NCBI GenBank assembly: GCA_951406725.2 | Contig: OX597826.1 | Span: forward strand, 57,102,001 to 57,166,000 | Direction: 5' to 3' | Length of the DNA: 64,000 nucleotides | Origin: Octopus vulgaris | Lineage: Eukaryota | In this document: positions 1 through 12,634 of the stretch, in pieces | How the letters are laid out: the number at the start of each line of letters is the position of its first letter | Position numbering within the stretch: the first letter of the stretch is position 1 | Program-made: the position numbers and the translations under genes | Notes under the pieces: model-generated | Database searches by the model: none | Told to the model about the DNA's origin: nothing | What the model saw: the letters and a program-made list of their open reading frames with translations, nothing else

Positions 1-62
1 GCCCCTGAAGACCAAGTGCACCCACAAGTGCACCCACAGAGTAGCAAGAGACTGGCTCAAGC

Positions 63-100
<38 letters not shown>

Positions 101-101
101 G

Positions 102-260
102 GAAAATAGATGACAAAGAGAAAACAATGGTTATGTTATGAACTTCATTAGCTTACAGCTGTTTCAGCTATAAAATGCAGTGGACTGTTATATCAGAAAC
201 AGCTGTAAGCTACTGAAGTTCACAACATAACCATTGTCTTTCCTGCATCATCTCTTTTCT
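102..260. repeat. Long imperfect inverted repeat (about 63-bp arms, about 31-nt loop), probably inverted Penelope-like pseudo-LTR ends
   Basis: Arm 103-165 (aaaatagatgac...ttagcttacagctgtttc) is the near reverse complement of 197-260 (gaaacagctgtaagctac...catctcttttct). The motif GAAACAGCTGTA resembles the 3' half of Penelope-type hammerheads. Confidence 0.75.
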
Positions 261-345
261 TATTACTTCTCTATACTCATCTAACACTTTGTTCAGAAAC
301 ATATGTATAGTGAGTTCTACACCAGGTTATTACTCTCACAATGCC

Positions 346-519
346 CATGTGAAGGCACGTAAAAAGCACCCACAACACTCACGGAGTGGTTGGCGTTAGG
401 AAGGGCATCCAGCTGTAGAAACACTGCCAGATCAAACTGGAGCCTGGTGCAGCCTCCTGGCTTCCCAGACCCCGGTCGAACCGTCCAGCCTTTGCTAGCA
501 CGGAAAACAGACGTTAAAC

Positions 520-551
<32 letters not shown>
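346..551 (+). mobile_element. Family B retroposon 3' portion with (GAT)n tail
   Basis: ggcacgtaaaaagcacc...ggcgttaggaagggcatccagctgtagaaac...gacgttaaacg(atg)n; near-identical copies at 10473, 16238, 21655, 22890, 29815 and 35180. Confidence 0.9.
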
Positions 552-552
<1 letters not shown>

Positions 553-574
553 ATATATATATCACTAGCCACTA

Positions 575-745
575 CACATTCTTCATTTTCTCGCCTTATT
601 TTCTTTCTGTGTTCCTTTCTGTGGAAGAGCACAGGCTTGAAACGTTAAAGACTTTTTCACTTCCAGCGTGTTATACTAATACATCTGTTTATTGCCTACA
701 CCACCGGTCTTTGTCATTTGTTATTTTTGTGAATTCTCTCCCTAT
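575..745 (+). mobile_element. Penelope-like terminal repeat relic with degenerate minimal hammerhead motif (615-650)
   Basis: cttt-CTGTGGA-A-GAGC-acag-GCTT-GAAAC-GTT-aaag has type I hammerhead order with palindromic stem III; followed by a T-rich tail and a (TA)n array. Confidence 0.5.
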
Positions 746-766
746 ATACATATATTTACATACGCA

Positions 767-821
<55 letters not shown>

Positions 822-905
822 TCATACATATATACATATATATATATACATGCATACATTCATGCATGCAGGCGCTCACACACACACATACACAAATATA
901 TACAT
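743..905. repeat. (TA)n/(CA)n compound microsatellite
   Basis: Directly visible. Confidence 0.95.
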
Positions 906-1461
906 AAATTAACACATGAATCCTAAAATAAAGGATAAAGGGCATTTAATATATTTCATTTGCATGATTTTAAACGGCTATATATCATCAGTTTGTTGGT
1001 TTTTGTATTTGGTATTTGTTTTGAGCCATAATTTAATGCAGATATATGTGGCTGTCATGAAAATAATTTACAATTTTATCCAATAAACTTTGTAAAAAAA
1101 GCAAAAAAAAAACAACAAAAAAATCTAACAATTCAACAAAGTTTCCCTTATATGGTATGTGGTTTTGTGGGATTATATTTGATGATATTAGATATATACA
1201 TATACTAGGCTTTATGCATATTCTTTTAAGTAGATGTTGAACACTTAACTATTTTCACTCAGAGAACAATAAAAAGTATGCACACACAATATATGAAGTG
1301 TGTTCAAAAATTCCTCCCCAGCAGAAGTAACTCCTTATGGAAATTGCTCAGGACATGTTAGAATGGGAAAAACATGACCCAGGAGATAAAAAAAAATTAT
1401 CAAATTTACCCCAAACATCATATATATATGTACATTATATATATATATATATATATACAAA

Positions 1462-1828
1462 GGTGCAGGAGTGGCTGTGTGGTAAGTAGCTTGTTTACCA
1501 ACCACATGGTTCCGGGTTCAGTCCCACTGCATGGCACCTTGGGCAAGTGTCTCCTACTATAGCCTCGGGCCGACCAAAGCTTTGTGAGTAGACAGAAACT
1601 GAAAGAAACCCGTCGTATATATATATATATATATGTATGTGTGCGTGTATGTTTGTGTGTCTGTTTGTCCCATCCAACATCGCTTGACAACCGATGCTGG
1701 TGTGTTTATGTCCCCGTTACTTAGCGGTTCGGCAAAAGAGACCGATAGAATAAGTACTGGGCTTACAAAGAATAAATCTCAGGGTTGATTTGCTTGACTA
1801 AAGGCGGTGCTCCAGCATGGCCGCAGTC
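1462..1828 (+). mobile_element. Family A tRNA-derived SINE with CORE-like segment and internal (TA)n(TG)n; tail missing
   Basis: A box TGGCTGTGTGG and B box GGTTCAGTCCC; caccttgggcaagt resembles the CORE-SINE core start; at least 8 copies in the window. Confidence 0.9.
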
Positions 1829-1829
1829 C

Positions 1830-2062
1830 TGCTAGGGGGACAAACACAGACACACAAACATATACACACATACACATACATATATATATATACATATATA
1901 CAACAGGCTTCTTTAAGTTTCCATCTACCAAATCCACTCACAAGGCATTGGTTAGCCCGAGGCTATAGCAGAAGACACTTGCCCAAGATGCCATGCAGTG
2001 GGACTGAACCCAGAACCATGTGGTTGGTAATCAAGCTACTCACCACACAGCCACTCGTACAT
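1830..2062 (-). mobile_element. Family A SINE 5' half, inverted and abutting the preceding copy
   Basis: Reverse complement of 1462-1680; ends caccacacagccactc. Confidence 0.9.
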
Positions 2063-2283
2063 TAATTTTTTAAATTGCACTTAGAACAGAACAGAAAAAA
2101 TACATCAATACTCCTAAACAAGAATTAACTATTATCAAGTTAACACAAATACTTTTCTAAGTAATTGCATTTTATACTAGAAAGTTGAGAGAGTTAAGGA
2201 GAGGCTTTGCAAATCTTGTATGTACACAATACATCAAAAATAATCATGAAATAAGAAAATTTGTTAAATAGGAATAGGTTTAA

Positions 2284-2503
2284 CCCTTTTGTTACTGTAT
2301 TTATTTTGAGATGCTCTGTGTTTCTTTAAATTACTTTAAATATAACAAAGAATTTAGTAAAATAACTTAGTTATCATTCAGCTAGTGTTAGGAACATAAA
2401 TTGTGACTAAGGTTTGGTGGAAGATTTTAATTCAAAACTTATGAAAATAAGACATTTGTACTTAGAGCCAGAGCCGGTTTCAGCCGGGTTGGTAATGAAA
2501 GGG
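2284..2503. mobile_element. piggyBac-type MITE (TTAA TSD)
   Basis: TTAA (2280-2283) CCCTTTTGTTAC ... GTAATGAAAGGG TTAA (2504-2507): CCC/GGG termini with TTAA duplication. Confidence 0.8.
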
Positions 2504-3084
2504 TTAAACTGTTGAAAAGGAAATGTGACCAGTGAAGGAACTTCATGGGGTTTCTGTGAGGGTTTCACAGTTGTAATGAGATTAAACATAAATTGTGACT
2601 AAGGTTTGGTGGAATATTTTAATTCAAAACTTATGAAAATAAGACATTTGTACTTAGAGCCAGAGCCGGTTTCAGCCAGGTTGGTAATGAAAGGGTTAAA
2701 CTGTTGAAAAGGAAATGTGACCAGTGAAGGAACTTCATGGGGTTTCTGTGAGGGTTTCACAGTTGTAATGAGATTAAACATAAATTGTGACTAAGGTTTG
2801 GTGGAATATTTTAATTCAAAACTTATGAAAATAAGACATTTGTACTTAGAGCCAGAGCTGGTTTCAGCCAGGTTGGTAATGAAAGGGTTAAACTGTTGAA
2901 AAGGAAATGTGACCAGTGAAGGAACTTCATGGGGTTTCTGTGAGGGTTTCACAGTTGTAATGAGATTAAACATAAATTGTGACTAAGGTTTGGTGGAATA
3001 TTTTAATTCAAAACTTATGAAAATAAGACATTTGTTCTTAGAGCCAGAGCCGGTTTCAGCCGGGTTGGTAACGAAAGGGTTAAA
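2393..3084. repeat. 192-bp tandem repeat, about 3.6 near-identical copies (MITE right half plus about 80-bp spacer)
   Basis: The MITE right terminus GGG-TTAA recurs at 2503, 2695, 2887 and 3079; the ORF track shows the same 192-bp period. Confidence 0.95.
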
Positions 3085-3316
3085 ACTGAAGGAAGTGTCA
3101 AAACATCTGACCAAAATTCTTACCCAATTCTGTATTCTATTCCCACCTCATCTATATATCGTCCAGACATGCTGGTCAAACCCATTGTGTCTCCAAAATA
3201 CTGTCTAACAGATCAATGAACAGGCCAGAACAACTGATAAATTGACGCTTATTCTGTCCACAAATTATTGTCTGATAAATCAATGAACTATGCAGAAGTA
3301 CAGCCTAAGCAACCAC

Positions 3317-3552
3317 TGATGACAACGACGATGACGACGGTGTGATAGTGGTGGTGGTGGTGGTGGTTGTGAAAATGGTGATGGCAGAGAGGGGTATGAC
3401 AATGATGATGGTATCAGTGATGATGCTGATGATAACAATGGTGGTAATGATTGATGATGATGAAAGTTGTGATAATAATGGTGTCACTGCTGCAGAGGGC
3501 GATGATGATGGTGGTGGTGGTGATGTTGAAGGTTCTAGTGATAACAACAACA
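3317..3552. repeat. Degenerate (GAT/GGT)n trinucleotide region
   Basis: Directly visible. Confidence 0.8.
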
Positions 3553-3637
3553 ATTCTCAAAGTACAATCCAGCACAGTGGTCAGTTAGCATGGAGTTTCT
3601 ATTATGAACATAGTCCCTGGTGGAACTGTCTCCTCAT

Positions 3638-3644
<7 letters not shown>

Positions 3645-3726
<82 letters not shown>
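3645..3726. repeat. (CA)n microsatellite
   Basis: About 40 units. Confidence 0.97.
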
Positions 3727-3732
<6 letters not shown>

Positions 3733-4244
3733 TTGTGGACACTGCATATCGATGAAACAATCTGAATTTTTCTGATGAGAAAATATTTTTCCTTTTTCTC
3801 TGACAATCGACCATGATGAATGTAGCTTGAGATTATAGATATGTGTAATTTCTTACGGAAGAGACACACAACAAATCATGCAGTGCTCCAACATGGCCAC
3901 AGGCCAAAATCCCGTTCAAGGATACAAGAAATGGCTATAGAAGGGGGCAGAGAATGGATTCAAATAAGATGCCGCTGATGTGTGTATATGTGGGGAGGAT
4001 GGGGAGGAGGCATAGCTGAATGGATATCCCATAGGAACAGTATCCCCTCTTACATCCACATAGCTTGCGCTAAGGAATGGAATAGGGTGCAGGTTAGAGT
4101 TCTGTGCCTCCTCTCAGTAGTACAGCATTCCGTTATCCCCAAACTGACATAAGCAGCTAGCTACTAATTTACAAGAAATGGATGATTTATTGCTGTTGGT
4201 GTTGTTGCAGTTTTACTCCTGTGGTCATTATTATTGCAAGGATG

Positions 4245-4515
4245 ATGGATTGACAGAATCGTTAGAGCACCAGAAAACAATGTTCTGCAGTATTCCTTGT
4301 GGCTCTTTGTGTTCTGAGTTCAACTCCCATTGAGAACAACTTTGTCATTCATTTATTCAGGGTTGATAAAATAAGTACCAACTACACACTGGGATTGATG
4401 TAACTGACTAGCCTCCCCACCCCCCCACTCCACTTAAAAATTTTAAGCCCTGATCCTATTGTAGAAAGGATTATTATTATTATTATTATTATCATTATTA
4501 TTATTATTATTATTA
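4245..4515 (+). mobile_element. Family C SINE, diverged, with (ATT)n tail
   Basis: ttctgagttcaac...gggttgataaaataagtacca...ctggg matches the well-preserved copy at 51094. Confidence 0.65.
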
Positions 4516-5819
4516 GTGTCTGATGTAGAATGATGTGCAACTAGTTACTCTGTGGGATTGTAATTTTAACAAGCACAATGAAAAGAGAAAGCATTTGTTG
4601 TTTTAAATATTTCTTTTGGAGATCCTCTCTGAAACATCAGAATAATTCTCGTATTTGGAAGATACAAAAGCTTGGTTAGTTTCAGACTTTTTCAACATAA
4701 ATTTTTGTGTTTATGTTCAACCTAAGAAGAGCTATTATTCATCTAAGAGAGAGACAACATCTACACCAAAATTTTTAAAAAAAGAAGGAAAATTTGAATA
4801 AAACACAGGAAGTAAATAAAATTTTTTAAAAAAAGCCAATTTAATCACAGGCCAAAATGCAAATATTTTACAAGAAGAAGTGAAAATAAAAAGTAAGAAT
4901 TTTAGGGGAAAAAACACAAACACTGACAAAGACATTCAGTGCTATTTGGCAAACAACAACAGGCAAATGCAATGCTTTCTTTGCCCACCAGTAATAACAT
5001 GCACCCATGAACTTATGTGTTTTGTCAAGTGAAGGAATGAACATAGAATTTGAATTGAGGAACAGAGTGCTCCTTGCCTTCTTCCTTTTAATAGCACTAT
5101 CTCAAACAGACAGACCCTAAATATGAGTTATGTGACAGAGAAAAAGCTTGTCTCATAAAATAACTTGACATTTTGTGCTTAAAACAAACTTAACAAGAAA
5201 CTTCATACATAAATTTATGATGTAAGGTTTTGATTTAAAAGTGAATATTTTAAAAAGTGATGTTTCATATCTTCAATTCCAGATGCTGTCAAGTAGGTTT
5301 TCAACCAATAAACCGACTGCCTAAGACTGAATTATTAAAAAACAGTGGATAGTAGCTCAGAATTTAATAAAAGTTGTCTTATTTCTCCCCTTATATACAA
5401 ATGAAGAGTGGCACTTGTAAGAAATCTGTCTTGCTGTGTTTTTTTCTTTATAATATTGTTATAAGGAATTTATCTTAACAATTACATTATAAATAATTGA
5501 TGGAAAACACTATAATGTTTCACGACCAAATTGTCATTTCTCTTTGTCACCAAGTGTGTAAATGTACTAATACTAGCTGACAATTTCAGCATGTTTTTAA
5601 TGGTCATTCAGAGCAAGAAGGACATTGGCCATCCATGACTTTTCCTTTAGGTTCTCCAAGACTGAAGGGAGGAAGTAACCCTAACAGACCAGAGACCTGA
5701 ACTGAATGCTTGCATTGATGTAGAATCTGATGAAGGCACCCAAGGATCAGGTGGTGATATCAAACTAGGCAACAGATTAATTCAACAGCCAACTATGAGA
5801 AATATGCACATATATAACA

Positions 5820-6030
5820 TACTCTTTTACTCTTTTACTTGTTTCAGTCATTTGACTGCGGCCATGCTGGAGCACCACCTTTAGTCGAGCAAATCGACAC
5901 CGGGACTTATTCTTTGTAAGCCCAGTACTTATTCTATCGGTCTCTTTTGCCGAACCGCAAAGTGACGGCGACGTAAACACACCAGCATCAGTTGTCAAGC
6001 AATGCTAGGGGGACAAACACAGACACACAA

Positions 6031-6073
<43 letters not shown>

Positions 6074-6238
6074 TACGACAGGCTTCTTTCAGTTTCCGTC
6101 AACCAAATCCACTCACAAGGCATTGGTCGTCCCGGTGCTATAGCAGAAGACACTTTCCCAAGGTGTCACGCAGTGGGACTGAACCCGGAACCATGTGGTT
6201 GGTTAGCAAGCTACTTACCACACAGCCACTCCTGCGCC
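5820..6238 (-). mobile_element. Family A SINE, full length with (GTAAAAGA)n tail
   Basis: Head ggcgcaggagtggctgtgtgg at 6238; tail tactcttttactcttttac at 5820. Confidence 0.93.
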
Positions 6239-8149
6239 TATGTTCATGTATTTGATATCTATATGCGCACATAATATGTACACATATACTTACGCAAACA
6301 TTAATTACATTTATTAACATATTTATAAATGCATACCCACAAAGACTCATACATGCACCTATGTCTGTTATGTATGTGTATGAGCTTATATCAATATATA
6401 TATATGTGTGTGTGTGTGTATGATATTTATATGCACACAAAGGAGCACATAGACATGCATGAATCCCAACATATATATATACACATAGTGTAAGTAGTAA
6501 GTTGCCATCAGACCATGTCTACATAGTTACAGCATGAACTATAGTCGTTGAAAAATTCAATATTTCTTTTTCCAATTGTGTTTATTACAGAAACAAATTT
6601 ATTGATTTTTTTTTTAAAACCCTTATACAATTTATGACCCACCCTGTACACATATAAACTAGATATAAAACATCAAACACACACATACCATGGAAACACA
6701 CAGACAAATACTGGTACATGTCATGAACACACATTGGGATTAGGCTGTTAAAATCAAAGGAAGGTTATTTACTATAAAAAGCCACAAAATCTATTTTGAG
6801 TGTTTACATTGCTAACTTAGCAGGTGGAGCAAATGTTGATGGTTCATATGAAATCCTTGCTACTTCTAACACACAAAATTCGCTGGACCAGTCCATCTAG
6901 CTGTAGTTTTAATATCTAAGGGGTGCCCTCAACTCTGAGTATTCTTTTAATCTTTTACTCGTTTCAGTCAATAGATTGCAATCATACTAGAGCACTACCT
7001 TCAGGGGGCTTCATCAATTACAGGGGGCTTCTACTGAACTTAGAAGGATGAATAAGAAAATTAGACCTTGGTAGAATTTGAACTCATGACATAGGGAACT
7101 ACTGTGATTGATGTTGTACAGGTTCTGTCATCCATTCACATGATTATCTCGCATTTTTCTGCTCTAATGTTCATAGGAAGCAACTATTATAGCATAAGTG
7201 GGAAGTCCTCAGTTGAGTTTCAGTTCCTGGTCATTGCTATTTTGCTCATACTGTCAATGCCTTTGGGTAAGGGTATTAATGTACCAAAACCTATTTGTTC
7301 ATAAAACTAGTCAACCACTGATAGAAAACTTAATTATTCACATCATTGACATACAGAACACATAAATACCCATACACACACATGGAATCACACACATATA
7401 CACACAAACAAAACTCTCCTTCAACCACAAATATTCCAGCTAATGTTAGTATACAACATCTCAATAAATATTTGAAAAGCTTCTTTACTTTGTGGTGTCT
7501 TTATCTATATTAAAAGAGAATGTGTACACACACACATGTGCGTGCACACAGTCACACACACACACACACATGTGCGTGCACACAGACACACACACACACA
7601 CATGCACACACAGATACATACACTCATACATGTAAGTAACTTAGTAAACTGGATGTGCAGATCAGTTTACAGATGTTTCAAGCTGAACATCAACCATATC
7701 AATGTCACATGTCTCAAAGGGCCTGCAAAGGTTGAGGGCACTGCCCCTTAATATTGAATAAACCATCAAATAAAATAGAAATGAAATAAAATAACCTTTA
7801 AAATAGCCATGTCTGTTTCATTCTTGTATATAAGAATACTGGTTTGTTCATCATTTTGAATCTTTGTAATTTTTTCTTTCCATGTGTGTGTATGTGTGTG
7901 AGCATGTTAATGTATGTGGTACATAAATGAATTTATGAATGAACTTATATCTACTGTAAGAGTGTAAACTATTTTTGCTTCTACATGTGTGTGTGAGAAA
8001 GAGAGTGGGAGAGAGAAAGAAAGAGAGAGAGAGAGTCAGAATGTTATCTGTGGTGTTTATAATAGAAATGTGTACATATACATGTGTAGCTCATGATTTG
8101 CTAATTTATAAATAAACTTGTTCTTTTAAGTGTTTTACAAAGATGCATA

Positions 8150-8390
8150 GATGCGTTTATACATGTATATGTATATACATATACACACATATATATGTAT
8201 ATATATACATATATGTGTGTATACATATATGTGTGTATATGTATATATATATGTATACATAAATGTGTGTATATGTATATATATATGTATACATATATGT
8301 GTGTATATGTATATATGTGTGTGTGTATATGTATATATATATATTTATGATATATATAAAGTCACACACATATTTGCATATTAGCATGTG
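8150..8390. repeat. (TA/TG)n compound microsatellite
   Basis: Directly visible. Confidence 0.9.
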
Positions 8391-9769
8391 TAAATGATTT
8401 CTGTATAGAGTTTACATTGTTCATGCATCTATAAGTAACAGCATGCACATGAACTTTGTGTGTGCGTGTGTGTGTGTGTGCATTTGCATGATCATATGTA
8501 TGTATACTTATATGCCACTAGTGACACACATTTTGCCTGCATATTTTGGTCTGTGGAAAAATTTTACTACACAACAACACAACTCCAATGGTGGTCCATT
8601 TTACCAAATGCAAAATGCTATCTTTCTTTGGCCTCACTGAAACATAGATGATAACATTAACAGGCTGATGATGATAGCAGCAACCATCTGGCTTGCTGTT
8701 AACTTTCAACAACCACTGTTATATTACCATATGTTTCACTGTAGTAGCTAACATTTTTGTTAAACCCTCCCAGTTTGAAAGGCTCTATAGTTATATGGTT
8801 TCACTCTTAGAGAATGGCAGACAAACAGGCACACAGATGCCATTGACAAAATTGATATATCATCATAGTCGTGTGTGTATCCACTTTTCCATGCTAGCAT
8901 GGATTGGATGGGACATTTTGTAGTAGTGTTTTATGGCCAGGCACCCTACTTGATGCCAAACCTTTTAGTTACTTCTGTCAGCACATAGGTATGGTGTTTC
9001 TATTCTAAACAGTAGGATAAGCACACACACACACACACAAGATCTTTCCTCTAAAAAAATGGAATCCAAACAAGATTTATATTTTTGCACATGTTCTAGA
9101 TTTAAACTTCAGTATTTGAATGAAAGAGAAGAAAGAGAGAAAGAAAAAAAGAATAATAAGAGAAATTTGTGATACAGGAAGAAAATCTAACAAAGGTTAA
9201 TGAGAGTCAGAAATAAGTCAAGGAGAGAGAAAACAATATAGAAACAGGGCCTCAAATTTTGGGGACAGGGTATCTAGTTGAGCAAATCAAACCAGTATTT
9301 CAAAGGCCAATGTAACCATGGTGTGATATGAACTTAGTGGTATAACTATATGACTATATATCTCTATGCCAGTCCTTGCTCCATCAGCTCAGCAAATTAC
9401 TATGTAAATGGTGATATGATAAAAATATAAAGAAGGAAAAAGAAATAAAACAAGAAATGAAATTTGAAAATAATAATAAAGAAAAGAAGAAGGAATAAAA
9501 GGTAGTAAGACAAAATGAACGAACGCAAAAAGAGACAGAAATAAGCTAGGTGTATATGAAAGTGAAAATTGCTTACGAAAGCCTAATCAGTTTATGTCAT
9601 ATATTTTCATGGTTCTAAGCTAATTCGTCCTGATAATGGCAGTGTGATATCAACGATGTATTGATCTCTCCTGCCATTATATAAACTCCAGTTAAATAAA
9701 CGAGAATATATTAATATAATATTGTGTACAAATATTAAATAATATAAATGGTTGTGTGTTTATAATGTA

Positions 9770-9832
9770 TATTACATATATGCACATATATGTATGTATG
9801 TCTGTTAGTATGCATATGTGTGTGTATATATA

Positions 9833-9864
<32 letters not shown>

Positions 9865-10055
9865 GATATATATACACATATATATATATACATACATACA
9901 TACATACATAAATACATACATGCATACATACGTACATACATACATACATACATACATATAAACATAAATACATACATGCATACATACATATATACATACA
10001 AACATACATACATACATACAAACATTCATACATACATACACATCTATATACATAT
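9770..10055. repeat. (TA)n/(TACA)n compound microsatellite
   Basis: Directly visible. Confidence 0.9.
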
Positions 10056-10164
10056 GCGTGTAGTTTCAATGTCAAATTCAATTTTATCTCAAACAATAAA
10101 ATGGTACAAGGTATCATTTCTGTCAATTAATATTGGAACCAGAATGTTGTATGAGCCTTTGTTG

Positions 10165-10965
10165 TTGTTATAACTGTTACTACCACCATAAATATCACCA
10201 TTACAACTGCAACCACCACTGTTAGCACTACTAAAACTATAAACCCCCCTCCCCTTTACCACCATAAATGCCAACCATAATTGCTATCACCATCATAAAT
10301 GCTACCTCAACTATATAACTGGTACCACCACTATAAATACCATGACTATACAACAGGTACCACTACTATAAATACTACTATTATAACTGTTTTGCTACTA
10401 TTACTATTACCATCACTACAACTGTTACCACTTCTATAAATATTACCACCTTAATTAACTATCACCACAAACATCATCATCATCATCATCATCGTTTAAT
10501 GTCTGTTTTCCGCGCTAGCACGGGTTGGACAGTTTGACCGGGGTCTGGGAAGCCAGGACGTTGCACCAGGCTCCAGTCTGATCTGGCAGTGTTTCTACAG
10601 CTGGATGCCCTTCCTAACGCCAACCACTCTGTGAGTGTAGTGGGTGCTTTTTACGTGCCACCGGCACAGGTGCCAGGGGAGTCTGGCAGCGGTCACGATC
10701 GGTTGGTGCTTTTAACGTGCCACCAGCATGGAAGCCAGTCAAGGCGGCGCTGGCATCGGCCACATTCGGATGGTGCTTTTTACGTGAACATCATTAATAT
10801 AATTCCTATCCCCACTGTAACTGTTACCATCATCATAATACCATGACTATATAACTAGTATCACCACCATGAATACTCATACTGCAACAGGTATTGCCAC
10901 TATAATTGCTACTGTTATAACTGGTACCCCGCCATAAATACTATCTCTATTACAGCTATCATCAC
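10165..10965. repeat. Degenerate roughly 30-bp minisatellite (actataactggtaccaccactataaat-like), split by a family B insertion
   Basis: Recurring ataactg(g/t)taccaccac/cataaat motifs on both sides of 10473-10790. Confidence 0.6.
10473..10790 (-). mobile_element. Family B retroposon
   Basis: (cat)n cgtttaatgtc...ttctacagctggatgcccttcctaacgcc, with three gtgcca/tacgtg subrepeats. Confidence 0.9.
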
Positions 10966-11145
10966 CTACACATGGTAGATACTACTTCACTGGCTTTTAC
11001 TAAAAATATTCAGTTGTTAGACCAGTTGTACTCCTGATTTTGAAATCAACACATAAGTGGCTGAGTATTCCACGGACATGCATCCTTCAGATAATTTAGA
11101 GGTTGAATCAGCAGGACACTTTTTGACAAGGCTGGATTTTGAAGT

Positions 11146-11206
<61 letters not shown>
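11146..11206. repeat. (GA)n microsatellite
   Basis: Directly visible. Confidence 0.95.
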
Positions 11207-11207
<1 letters not shown>

Positions 11208-12520
11208 AATATTGGCAGGATTTGGATTCAAGGTGCAAAGAACTTACATGAATATTACAAGTTATTTCAAGGTATTTCTGTTCCTAACTCTAATTTCTCC
11301 ACCATAAATTCATATCTCATCACTGCATTAGTTATGAGGTAAGGTCCAAGAGCCTGTGCAGGAGGACCTGGTGAGGTCAATGCTGTGTTTCATCCCTGCT
11401 TGAAAGCAGTACCAAGGAACAATTCCAGAGTATATTCTTTAAGAATGTTGTGAGAAGTTTTGCTGCATATCAAAACACATGAGGCTAGATTAATTAATAT
11501 ACTAATTGATGGAAAGATTTTTACAACAGAAATCATATTTGGTGCTAAATGTTTAACCTTTTAACAGTGAAACTTGATATGTCTAAACTCCACAACAGTC
11601 ATCAATATTTATTTGTTTAATTAGACCATCTTTTTAGCTTGTTGACATAATATCTTTAATGGCTGTAATAATTGAAATAATGGTGTAGTGGTGGTGGGGT
11701 AGTGGGTGGTGGTGGTAGGGTAGCGGTGGTTTTGGAGTAAACAGGGAGATGGTGTTCTACTTTTCAGCTCACAGGAAAGGGTTTTATAACATCTGACCCC
11801 ACCACCATCCTTTGCAATGACAATTTCACTGACCTAACCATACCCCTGGATCCTAAAGCCTATTTTCATAACAGGTATACAAGGATCTTTCTGATGATAA
11901 TAACAACAACAGCAGGAGCAATAAACAGCAAATCACATCATTACATCAGTATTTCTAAACAGCAGTTAAAATGTTTATTGCAGGGAGAGTAAAAAAAAAA
12001 ATGTGAAAGAAATAGAATTGTATTAATTGTAGAAAATAGTAAAATATAAATTGCAGGTAACAACTGGATATCTGTAAAGCCCAGATTTATAAGTAAGGAA
12101 TGAAGAGATTCATACAGCATCTTCACCATTAAGCCATCATAATTGATAGCCCACACTACTCCACATACCACACAGTACTTTAAAGATAGTTATCGAGTTT
12201 TGTGAAAATTTTGAGCCATTCCACCCAACGTCAGATCATGTCTTCATTTACTTTGCTTTCTTGCGACAATAAATTTGTATCTAGCAGAAACCAATACGTA
12301 CGTAAGCAATCACACATCCACATGTATATATATGCACTTACACACACACACATACACACACACATATATATATATTTATATATACACTAAGTTTTTCCAA
12401 CTCTTTATCTGTTTAACAGCCAATAAATAATATTGAAAACAACAGTTAATAAAATCTAATAAAAGAAGTCTATTTACACAAGATTTTATATGAAAACAAA
12501 AACCCAAGCGCAAAAGGAAA

Positions 12521-12581
12521 AAATAATTATGTGTGTGTGTGCATGAGTAGATATGTATATGTGTATGTCAGTGTAGGTATC

Positions 12582-12634
<53 letters not shown>

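Noticed and set aside
1418-1690. Recurrent ORF peptides such as RGYSRRHLPKVPCSGTEPGTMWLV and FLQLDALPNANH
   Set aside because: Antisense translations of SINE families A and B, not genes.
2393-3084. CRISPR-like repeat-spacer appearance
   Set aside because: The spacers are identical and the unit is 192 bp; it is a tandem duplication in eukaryotic DNA with no cas genes.
5725-5770. Hammerhead core CTGATGA followed by a possible stem II
   Set aside because: No GAAA box or stem III follows.
6480-6650. Tc1-like terminus CACCCTGTA
   Set aside because: No matching left TIR identified.
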